Assembly (NCBI GenBank): GCA_007128315.1
Contig: SKXQ01000023.1
Span: 12,842 to 76,841 of the forward strand
Reading direction: 5' to 3'
DNA length: 64,000 nt
Source: Spirochaetaceae bacterium
GTDB lineage: Bacteria; Spirochaetota; Spirochaetia; DSM-27196; SKKC01
Shown piece by piece: positions 17,353-25,051 of the stretch. The notes beneath the pieces were generated by a model. It made no database searches. It saw only the letters and a list, made by a program, of their open reading frames with translations, and was not told the DNA's origin. Both the position numbers and the translations under genes were made by a program. The first letter of the stretch is position 1. Each line of letters opens with the position of its first letter.

Positions 17353-18903
17353 ATGAGTGACACCAGAACACAGGAAACAGACAGCGCAGCGAAGGAACCG
17401 TATAAGGTTCCCGAGGGAGCAGGCTCGACGCATTCGCTCTCGCTACAGGACGGAACGAGGTTCGACTACGCGTCGTCCGCTCAGTGGTTGCCCGTCTACG
17501 ACAAGCGACAGAAACCGGTTGCCGAGATTTTTCACGTCTCATACATCGGCACCGCCGATGACGAAGCCTCCCGCCGCCCGCTGACGTTTGTGTTCAACGG
17601 GGGTCCCGGAGCAGCGAGCGCCTACCTCCACATGGGCGCTGTCGGTCCGCGGCGGGTCGTATTCAACGAGGACGGAAGCCCTTCACCGCCACCGGTTCAG
17701 ATCGTCGATAATGCGGAGAGCTGGCTCGCCTTTACCGATATCGTGTTCGTCGATCCGGTCGGAACCGGTTTCAGTCGCGGAATAGAGCAGAACGCGGAGT
17801 CCGGCGGCACGAAGGAAGACGCGGAGAAGAACAACCCGGACAGCCCCTTCTTCGGATTGAACAGAGATCTGGAGAGTCTCTCGGAGTTCATGCAGGCCTA
17901 TCTGTCACAGCACCGACGCTGGGAGTCACCGGTCTTCATTGCCGGAGAAAGCTACGGCGGTTTTCGTGTTGCAAAGCTCGTTCGCATGCTGCAGGAACGC
18001 TACAGCATCGGGCTCTGCGGTGCGGTGCTGATCTCGCCGGCACTCGAGTTCTCGCTCCTCGATGCATCAGACTACGACGTTCTGCCCTGGGTGGACACCT
18101 TCCCGACCATGGCTCTCGTTGCTGCCGCTCACGCACGCCACCAGGCTTCAAGCGCCTCGGGAACGGGAGCCGAGGCAATTGAAACCGTTCGTAAAGTCTC
18201 CGAACGCTTCGCCGTAACGAGCCTGCCCGCCCTGCTGACGGCAGGACACTTCACACCGGCGCCGGAACGCGAAGAGCACTACGGAATCATGAGTACCTAT
18301 ATCGGGCTGAGTGAAGACCTCATAAAAAGGAACGAGGGACGCATACGCACCCGTACCTTCTCCCGGGAACTTCTTCGGGAGGAACGAAGGGTGCTCGGTC
18401 TGTACGATGGAACGATTTCGATTACCGATGCCTACCCGGACCGGGAGCAGTACGAGGGCCCGGACGCGACTTTGAGCACGATAGACCGGATATTCGGAGC
18501 AGGGGTGAACACGCAACTCCGCGCGACAATAGGGGTAAAGACCGATCGGGAGTACCGTCTCCTGAGTTACGAGGTAAACCGCTCCTGGAAAATCGATTAC
18601 GATCGCCACGTCCTGCAGACGCAGATTGGCGCTACCGACGACCTGCGCTACGGCATGGAGCTCAATCCCTACATGAAGGTGCGCATCTCACACGGCATCT
18701 ATGATCTGGTGACTCCGTATTTCAGTGCAGAGCGCATTGTCGCAAACATGAAGCTCAACCCGGAAAGCCGCTCGCGCCTGAGCCTTAAACACTACCCGGG
18801 CGGTCATATGTTCTACAGCAGAAACGCCTCGCGTACGGACTTCACTACTGATATGCAGCGCTTCTACGCCGATGCCATCGCCGCGCGGACCGCGACCCGG
18901 TAA
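17353..18903 (+). CDS. Serine carboxypeptidase, peptidase family S10
   Basis: FNGGPGAASAYLHMG (oxyanion region), GESYGG catalytic serine motif, and a C-terminal GGHMF histidine region. Confidence 0.8.
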   Translation: MSDTRTQETDSAAKEPYKVPEGAGSTHSLSLQDGTRFDYASSAQWLPVYDKRQKPVAEIFHVSYIGTADDEASRRPLTFVFNGGPGAASAYLHMGAVGPRRVVFNEDGSPSPPPVQIVDNAESWLAFTDIVFVDPVGTGFSRGIEQNAESGGTKEDAEKNNPDSPFFGLNRDLESLSEFMQAYLSQHRRWESPVFIAGESYGGFRVAKLVRMLQERYSIGLCGAVLISPALEFSLLDASDYDVLPWVDTFPTMALVAAAHARHQASSASGTGAEAIETVRKVSERFAVTSLPALLTAGHFTPAPEREEHYGIMSTYIGLSEDLIKRNEGRIRTRTFSRELLREERRVLGLYDGTISITDAYPDREQYEGPDATLSTIDRIFGAGVNTQLRATIGVKTDREYRLLSYEVNRSWKIDYDRHVLQTQIGATDDLRYGMELNPYMKVRISHGIYDLVTPYFSAERIVANMKLNPESRSRLSLKHYPGGHMFYSRNASRTDFTTDMQRFYADAIAARTATR

Positions 18904-20180
18904 CCCGACCAGGCAAGGTATGCGGCCTCGGACATCAGCGCTATGATCAGGCTGCCCGCAGCGAGAACCGCACCGGGTACCTCAAAGAGAACAGGTCCGA
19001 GCCATACGCAGATAAACAGAACCACACTGTGTATCGCGACGGCCTTCGCCAGCGCACCTGTGCGATGATCGCATATCAGCCGCCCCCGGAACCAGGACTT
19101 CACGGTCGTCAGAACCGGCGCAAGAAAGAGCACCATAACCGGCAGAGCCGTGAATGGAAGAAGCTGTTCGGACAGTCCGCTGACACCGCGAAACCACAGA
19201 CCCGAAAGAGGTGTGAAAGCGGTCAGCAGGAGCAGGGAACCGAGAACACCGCCGAGGATTGTCGCAAAGCGCCGCAACGGGTAGTAGTTCGCCGGGTTCC
19301 GCGCGAGTATGGCGACAACGGCCTCCTGAAAGCTCAGCCCCATGGAGTTGAACAGGAACATGTAGCCGTTGATCACCGGCCACACGGCGAGCGCTTCCCG
19401 CGGAAAGAGCGCTCTGGCCATACCGAAGGTCAACAGAGGCTGCGCCGAGAGAAAAATCACACTCGTCAGAGACAGCGGTACATAGAACGCGAGCATATGT
19501 CGGGTCGAGAGCGGCTCCTCACCGTTGTCGGGCAGCTCATCCCGGACGACCGGCCGGCAGTATAACCAGCTCGCAAGACAGCCTGCCGCGACTCCTGCGA
19601 TCAGCGAAAGCCCTGCGAGCGTTGCTCCGGCGATCGATCCGACGAGATAGCCGGGGATCAGTACGAGCGCGACCGCGGCGAGCCGTATAACCATAGTGAC
19701 GGGTATCACCCGGGTATGACCGTAGCGGATCAGGACTCCCTGCCAGAGCCGACGGTAGCCGACGAGGGCGGTAAACGGTGTCATCGTCAGGAATGCAATA
19801 CGACTCGGCTCAACGAGCTCTTCGGGTACACCGAGGACCGTTTGCACGATGAACGCGAACAGGGGCGTAACAGCGATCAGAAGGTGGATGAGCGTGAGCG
19901 CAGCCCCGAGGATATGCATGAAGTTCAGCAGTTTCCGGTAGCGGCCACGATCGGAGGCCAGCGCCGTCCCCGCGGAAAGTAACTGTATGATGGGACTTTC
20001 GATCACCAGCGCTATGGAAAACGCAATACCGAACGCGGCAAGGTTCAGCGTTTCGTCGGGCAGCCGCGCAATGACCGCTGCGAGACCCGGCTGCTCGATC
20101 GCCATGGCGATCCACATGAGCGCAAGCGGAAGCCAGAACAGAAAGATCTGCCGTTGTGAGAAAACCGTATTCTGTTGCAT
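18864..20180 (-). CDS. MATE-like (MOP superfamily) polytopic transporter, last gene of the riboflavin operon
   Basis: About 12 TM helices with two-fold internal pattern. The N-terminus (FLFWLPLALMW...AAVIARLPDETLNLAAFGIAFSI...LLSAGTALAS) resembles MatE repeats. Starts 13 nt after the ribH stop on the same strand. Confidence 0.55.
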   Translation of the reverse strand: MQQNTVFSQRQIFLFWLPLALMWIAMAIEQPGLAAVIARLPDETLNLAAFGIAFSIALVIESPIIQLLSAGTALASDRGRYRKLLNFMHILGAALTLIHLLIAVTPLFAFIVQTVLGVPEELVEPSRIAFLTMTPFTALVGYRRLWQGVLIRYGHTRVIPVTMVIRLAAVALVLIPGYLVGSIAGATLAGLSLIAGVAAGCLASWLYCRPVVRDELPDNGEEPLSTRHMLAFYVPLSLTSVIFLSAQPLLTFGMARALFPREALAVWPVINGYMFLFNSMGLSFQEAVVAILARNPANYYPLRRFATILGGVLGSLLLLTAFTPLSGLWFRGVSGLSEQLLPFTALPVMVLFLAPVLTTVKSWFRGRLICDHRTGALAKAVAIHSVVLFICVWLGPVLFEVPGAVLAAGSLIIALMSEAAYLAWSGYRVAVRAAMASA

Positions 20181-20193
20181 GAACGGTATCAGG

Positions 20194-20682
20194 TCAGAGC
20201 TTCGTCATGAGATCGGCCATTTCGATGGCCGTCAGGGCACAGTCCCAGCCTTTGTTGCCACTCTTGATGCCGGCGCGGTTGAGTGCCTGCTCGACCGTCT
20301 CGGTAGTAAGCACGCCGAAGACAACCGGCTTGCGATACTCGAGTGCGATCTGGCCGATACTTTTGGCCGCTTCCCCGGCGACGAAGTCATAGTGGGTCGT
20401 CTCGCCGCGAATCACCGCACCGAGACAGATGACAGCATCAATGTCGGCGCGCTCGGCGAGCTTCGCCGCAGCAGGGCCGATTTCGTAGCTGCCCGGAACC
20501 CTGACCACCGTGATATCGGTGGGCTTTGTGCCGTGCCTCAAAAGGCAGTCTTCCGCAGCAGCGTAGAGCTGCTCGGTCACGAGACCGTTGAATCGGCTGA
20601 CTATGATTGCAAAGCGTTTGCCGTCCGCCTTCAGCTCGCCTTCTATGTGTTTTACGTCCGTGTGCATGGTCTTACTCTCCAA
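20194..20682 (-). CDS. ribH: 6,7-dimethyl-8-ribityllumazine synthase
   Basis: FAIIVSRFN, VVRVPGSYEIGPAA, CLGAVIRGETTHYDFV, VVFGVLTTE. Confidence 0.95.
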   Translation of the reverse strand: MESKTMHTDVKHIEGELKADGKRFAIIVSRFNGLVTEQLYAAAEDCLLRHGTKPTDITVVRVPGSYEIGPAAAKLAERADIDAVICLGAVIRGETTHYDFVAGEAAKSIGQIALEYRKPVVFGVLTTETVEQALNRAGIKSGNKGWDCALTAIEMADLMTKL

Positions 20683-21301
20683 TCAGTCGTGCGGCTTCCG
20701 CGATTTCATCGACATGAACCGTGTGCATCCCGAAGGTCCGGGCAACGGTCTCAAGTTCCGGGCCCCGAGCCATGGTTCCGTCCTCGGCAATAATCTCACA
20801 GATTATACCGACAGGATAGAGGCCCGCTGCCCGACAGAGCCAGACAGACGCTTCGGTATGGCCGCGGCGTGCGGCAAGGCCTTCCGGATGCGCTACGATC
20901 GGAAACAGGTGTCCAGGTCGCCCGAGTTCATCCGGCTTTGCGTTGGCATCGCAGAGGACGGAGATCGTTTTTGCCCGGTCCGCCGCAGAAATACCGGTGG
21001 TCGTCCCTTCCACCGCGTCTACACTTACCGTAAAGTTCGTTCCATGCAGTGCCGAGACCGTACCGGTCTGCGGTGGCAGGTCGAGCTCTTTCGCACGCTC
21101 CCCGGTAATCGTCGCACAGATAAGACCGCGCCCGTGCACAGCCATGAGATTGACGACGTCGGGACCGGCAAACTGCCCTGCGCAGAGAAAGTCTCCCTCG
21201 TTTTCGCGATCAGCATCGTCAAGGACAATGATAATCCTCCCCGCTTTCAGTTCCTCGAGGGCCCGTCGGACGCGGCCCTCGGGCAGTTTTTCGATGTTCA
21301 T
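20672..21301 (-). CDS. ribB: 3,4-dihydroxy-2-butanone-4-phosphate synthase (monofunctional, no GTP cyclohydrolase II domain)
   Basis: DDADRENEGDF, HGRGLIC, TVSVDA, and RRGHTEAS motifs. At 209 aa it covers only the DHBP synthase domain. Confidence 0.92.
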   Translation of the reverse strand: MNIEKLPEGRVRRALEELKAGRIIIVLDDADRENEGDFLCAGQFAGPDVVNLMAVHGRGLICATITGERAKELDLPPQTGTVSALHGTNFTVSVDAVEGTTTGISAADRAKTISVLCDANAKPDELGRPGHLFPIVAHPEGLAARRGHTEASVWLCRAAGLYPVGIICEIIAEDGTMARGPELETVARTFGMHTVHVDEIAEAARLIGE

Positions 21302-21912
21302 TTCGATCCTCCGAGTGCACCGGCGTAAACGCGAAACATGCGTTCGACGTAGCGACCGAGAATATCGGTTTCCACGTTCACTCTGTCACCGGGCTGATGG
21401 TGTGTGAGATGCGTATGAGTGGCGGTGTGCGGCACTATGTTAATGCCGATGATGTCCTGTTCTATCGAAGCTACGGTGAGACTCACGCCGTCGAGTGCCA
21501 CTGACCCCTCGGGTACAACGAGCGGCAGCAGCGTTTCGGGAAGGCGTAATCGAAGCAGAATGCTCGTTCCGCGGTCGGTCACATCCACGACCTCACCGAG
21601 GCCGGATACGTGCCCCTGAACCATATGCCCCCCCATGCGTGTGTCGGCACGCATTGAGCGCTCGAGATGCACTGGCGAGCCTTGCTCAAGACGACCCATG
21701 GTGGTCTTCGTGAGGGTTTCACCGACGGCCTGTACGGTGAAGGCGTGGTCCATAAGCCGAACCACTGTCTGGCACACGCCGTTCACGCTGATCGAGTCTC
21801 CGATTCTCGCGTCCTGAATCACGGTCTGTGCGTTGATCTCGATCTCGACTCCGTCTCCAACCGATCTCACCGCGGCGACAGAACCGGTCTCTTCTATTAA
21901 ACCTGTAAACAT
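21298..21912 (-). CDS. ribE: Riboflavin synthase alpha chain
   Basis: MFTGLIEETG start and duplicated lumazine-binding repeats (SISVNGVCQTV / SVALDGVSLTV). Confidence 0.93.
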   Translation of the reverse strand: MFTGLIEETGSVAAVRSVGDGVEIEINAQTVIQDARIGDSISVNGVCQTVVRLMDHAFTVQAVGETLTKTTMGRLEQGSPVHLERSMRADTRMGGHMVQGHVSGLGEVVDVTDRGTSILLRLRLPETLLPLVVPEGSVALDGVSLTVASIEQDIIGINIVPHTATHTHLTHHQPGDRVNVETDILGRYVERMFRVYAGALGGSK

Positions 21913-21916
21913 AGCC

Positions 21917-23083
21917 TTACACTACTCCTGTTTCGTTCCAGGGAAGCACATCCTCCCCGACTCCTGGTGCATCCATCTTTCCATAGGTCCGCTTCACGTC
22001 GAGCAGACCGCTTATGACCATATCGTCCCCGCTTCGCGCGTGAATCACCCCGTACAATCGAGGTCTGTCACCTGCCCGCTCGACGCCGATCTCCGACAAC
22101 CACGAAACGCCGGATCCCATGAGGCTCGGGTTCGTGAAAACCGTCAGGCGGTCGACAAGGCCCTCCGCGATGAGCGAGGTCGCGAGCGCCCCGCCGCCCT
22201 CGGCAAGAACGCTGCTGATTCCCCGTGTCGACAGGTACCCGAAAAGACAGGTCAGGTCGACCCGCCCCTTTGCGTCGGTTCTGCAGCCGATGACCGTGAC
22301 TGATGGCCCGAGCGCAGGCGCCGAACGGGCTGCATCTTCCGAGCACGCAACGATGGTTTCTGCCGCTCCGTCACTGATAATGCGTGCGCCCTCGAGATGT
22401 CGCAGGTGGGTGTCCACGACGATACGGACAGGATTACGGCCTGCGACGTGGCGCACGGTCAACGAGGGGTTATCTGCCTGAAGGGTTGCTGCACCGACGA
22501 GAACCGCGTCATACCGTGCCCGCATCCGGTGAACGGCTGCTCGCGACGGCTCGCTGCTGATCCAGTCTGCGCTCCCGTCGCGGGCCGAGATACGGCCGTC
22601 AAGGGTCTGGGCAATCTTAAGATGCACATAGGGGATGCCACGTTGTATCCACGCGATGAAAGGCTCGTTCAGCAGAAGCGCCCTGTCGGCGCACACACCG
22701 GCTGTGGTCGTGATGCCAGCCTGCTCAAGTGTCTTCTGTCCCAGGCCTGCCACGTGCGGGTTGGGATCATGAACAGCGAATACAACGCGCGCAATGCCGG
22801 CCTCAATGATTCTGTCGGTGCAGGGAGGGGTCTGTTTCTCAGGGGTACGGTGGCAGCAGGGCTCAAGATTGCAGTACAGCGTTGCACCCGCAGCTGCCTT
22901 GCCGGCGGCTTGCAGGGCAGCTGCCTCGGCATGAGGTCTCCCATAGGCTTCGTGCCAACCCTCCGAGATCACCGTATTGTCCCGTACAATCACAGCACCT
23001 ACCAGGGGGTTCGGTGACGTGGTACCTGTGCCCAATGTCGCCAGCTCAAGAGCCCGCGCCATGTAGGCATCATCCCCAGTCAT
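21917..23083 (-). CDS. ribD: Bifunctional diaminohydroxyphosphoribosylaminopyrimidine deaminase / 5-amino-6-(5-phosphoribosylamino)uracil reductase
   Basis: Deaminase HAE...PCxxC (GRPHAEAAAL...LEPCCH) followed by the reductase domain (KIAQTLDGRIS, EGGGALATSL). Confidence 0.93.
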   Translation of the reverse strand: MTGDDAYMARALELATLGTGTTSPNPLVGAVIVRDNTVISEGWHEAYGRPHAEAAALQAAGKAAAGATLYCNLEPCCHRTPEKQTPPCTDRIIEAGIARVVFAVHDPNPHVAGLGQKTLEQAGITTTAGVCADRALLLNEPFIAWIQRGIPYVHLKIAQTLDGRISARDGSADWISSEPSRAAVHRMRARYDAVLVGAATLQADNPSLTVRHVAGRNPVRIVVDTHLRHLEGARIISDGAAETIVACSEDAARSAPALGPSVTVIGCRTDAKGRVDLTCLFGYLSTRGISSVLAEGGGALATSLIAEGLVDRLTVFTNPSLMGSGVSWLSEIGVERAGDRPRLYGVIHARSGDDMVISGLLDVKRTYGKMDAPGVGEDVLPWNETGVV

Positions 23084-23184
23084 GAGATGACTCCTTTCTC
23101 GTGTATCGGGGCATGTGGTGTGGGAAGAAAACGCGACCGCGTACTCCGGGCCGAGAAAGGCTTCGGACAGTCGACTCAGTACAC

Positions 23185-23320
23185 CCGCAATCTTCTCCCT
23201 TCCGGACTATACCGTCGGTTCCGGAATCACACCGGATCAGCACGCAGAATTACGCGCTCGCGGACTATACCGCCGGTCTGGAATCGTGCTTTCGCACTCA
23301 CCATGCCCCGAAGATTACGG
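23185..23320 (-). promoter_or_regulatory. FMN riboswitch (RFN element) in the ribD leader
   Basis: The minus strand reads aatcTTCGGGGCAtGGTGa..GATTCCaGACCGGCGGTAtAGTCCGCGAGC...GATCCGGTGtGATTCCGGAaCCGACGGTAtAGTCCGGAaGGGAGAAGatt. P1 pairs gaagatt (23310-23316) with aatcttc (23189-23195). Confidence 0.92.
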
Positions 23321-23382
23321 TATCAAAGTGATACTTTCAGAAAAACATGTCAAGACGCAGCCACCAGCTGTACGGCTGATGA

Positions 23383-23835
23383 TCACCCGGCGTGAGCTAC
23401 AGGATGATGCGCGTGATCGTCATGATCGGGACAGCCGTCCGGGCAGGCGCCACCGACGGTAATCCGTATACTCTGGAAGTCAGCACCCGTCTGTTCCCGA
23501 ACCGTACGCGCGATCGCTTCCATGTCCGCCGGCAGATCGTGAACGGTGCCGCAGTTCATGCACACGTAGTGAATGTGTTCCTCGTGTGCGAGCTCGTAGA
23601 CTGAACGCTGACCCGGAAGCGGAATCTCCCGGAGTATGCCGTTATCGGAAAGGGTGTGCAGATTCTTGTATATGGTCGCGAGTGAAATTGACGGAAAATG
23701 AGTCTGTGCGCGGGAAAACAGATCGTCAACACCGAGGTGTCCGTATGCCATGATCTCGCGAAGCAGCACGAGACGCTGAGGGGTCACTTTAAGGCCACCC
23801 TGCCTGATTACATCCTGCAGATGCTGTTCGTTCAT
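23383..23835 (-). CDS. Fur-family metalloregulator (Fur/Zur/PerR type) with His-rich C-terminal tail
   Basis: Winged-helix VTPQRLVLLREI...SLATIYKNLHTL, HHIHYVCMNCGTVHDL (CxxC), a second Cys pair GGACPDGC, and tail PDHDDHAHHPVAH. Confidence 0.85.
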   Translation of the reverse strand: MNEQHLQDVIRQGGLKVTPQRLVLLREIMAYGHLGVDDLFSRAQTHFPSISLATIYKNLHTLSDNGILREIPLPGQRSVYELAHEEHIHYVCMNCGTVHDLPADMEAIARTVREQTGADFQSIRITVGGACPDGCPDHDDHAHHPVAHAG

Positions 23836-23849
23836 AGGTTCAATCCTCT

Positions 23850-23865
23850 AATAATATATCTTATT
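23850..23865. promoter_or_regulatory. AT-rich inverted repeat aataa-N6-ttatt just upstream of the Fur-family gene RBS; candidate autoregulatory box
   Basis: Read directly. Lies 15-30 nt upstream of the ATG at 23835 and contains TATTATTA (gene orientation), also present upstream of the COG0523 gene. Confidence 0.25.
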
Positions 23866-23952
23866 CACGATACCATCGTTTATACAAGCTTGTAAGAGCG
23901 CGCGATGCCGTGCATCGACAATTTCCGTGTATTTTTTATCGAATATTCGGTG

Positions 23953-24975
23953 CTATACGAGGTGTGCCGCGGGAAACCGCAGGGTATGCCCCGGCGGATT
24001 CAGGCGAACAGCGTACTCGCCGCGTATCGTCGTCGTCAGCACCGTGAGAAGCCGCTCGAATGAGGGGTCACTGCGACGGCGTTGAACTGGACTCCCGGGG
24101 GAGCCACCGGCGCGCAGGTTCACGGACAGCTCGGCATCAGATCGGTCAAGACGGGTCAGGGAGACACGGATAACGGGGGCATACGAGCTCCCGTCGAAGA
24201 ACTGAAGCAGATCCGCAATGAACTCGACGAGAAACAGTCCGCACGCAGATGCCTGGTCCACGCGCAGCTCCATGGGCTGTATGTCCATGGAGATGTGCGG
24301 CGGTGAACTGAAGCTCATGTTTTCCGCGACCACATGCAGGACACCGCGCAGATACTTCGACATTGAAACCGATATGGGCGTGTCGGCGCGCTCAAAAGCG
24401 TTACTGACGAGCGCCAGCGCCCGTATGTGCACGTACATCCGCCTCTGCTCGGCCAGGGTCGGATTCTCTTCGCGCAGGCGAACAACCGCCGAAAGAAGCT
24501 GAAGACTCTCCCCCACCCGTTTATGCACCCGTCGGAGCACACGATTGTTCTGTTCAACAAGCTCCCGGTATCGCTGCTCCGCGAGGACCCGCTCGGATAC
24601 ATCCCGCCCTATAGTGTCGACGAAGACCAGCCTGCCGGATCGGTCCCAGATTCCGCGAAAGCGCTGCTCGATCCAGACAATACGGCCATCCACAGCGATC
24701 CAGCGTACGACAAGAGATCCATCGGGTACGGTACCGCGTTTGATCTCGTCGAGCGGCGAGAAGTCGTCAGGGTGTACGGTCCTGCCTATCATCCGCTCTT
24801 TTGTATACCAGTCCGTGAGCGGGTAGCCGAGCACACGCTCCAGAGCCTCATTCGCATACTCGACGCGTTCGCGCGGATACAGCCGAAAACGAAAAAAAAC
24901 ATCCTCGCCTGTACGGGCCATGAACTCGGCAATACCGCGCCTTCGGCTTCGTCGGAACAGGGAGGTAATGTGCAT
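23953..24975 (-). CDS. PAS-domain protein with degenerate HisKA_2-like kinase core
   Basis: PAS (VEYANEALERVLGYPLTDWYTKERMIGRTVHPDDF). H-box-like RRVHKRVGESLQLLSAVVRL. The ATPase region lacks a clear N-box Asn and G-boxes. The start was moved to ATG 24975 to avoid overlap with the divergent gene (ORF track: 25074). Confidence 0.6.
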   Translation of the reverse strand: MHITSLFRRSRRRGIAEFMARTGEDVFFRFRLYPRERVEYANEALERVLGYPLTDWYTKERMIGRTVHPDDFSPLDEIKRGTVPDGSLVVRWIAVDGRIVWIEQRFRGIWDRSGRLVFVDTIGRDVSERVLAEQRYRELVEQNNRVLRRVHKRVGESLQLLSAVVRLREENPTLAEQRRMYVHIRALALVSNAFERADTPISVSMSKYLRGVLHVVAENMSFSSPPHISMDIQPMELRVDQASACGLFLVEFIADLLQFFDGSSYAPVIRVSLTRLDRSDAELSVNLRAGGSPGSPVQRRRSDPSFERLLTVLTTTIRGEYAVRLNPPGHTLRFPAAHLV

Positions 24976-25051
24976 GCGGATTCTCGGCGTAATTGGTATC
25001 TCCACCGGGAGCAAGTCTAATCCGGGTCGACGACCTGCACAAGCACGGAGT

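Noticed and set aside
23084-23184. Intrinsic terminator in the FMN riboswitch expression platform
   Set aside because: Only weak 4-5 bp stems (for example acgc-ggtc-gcgt followed by tttc) are present. I could not define a convincing terminator/antiterminator pair by eye, so control may be translational. Left unannotated.
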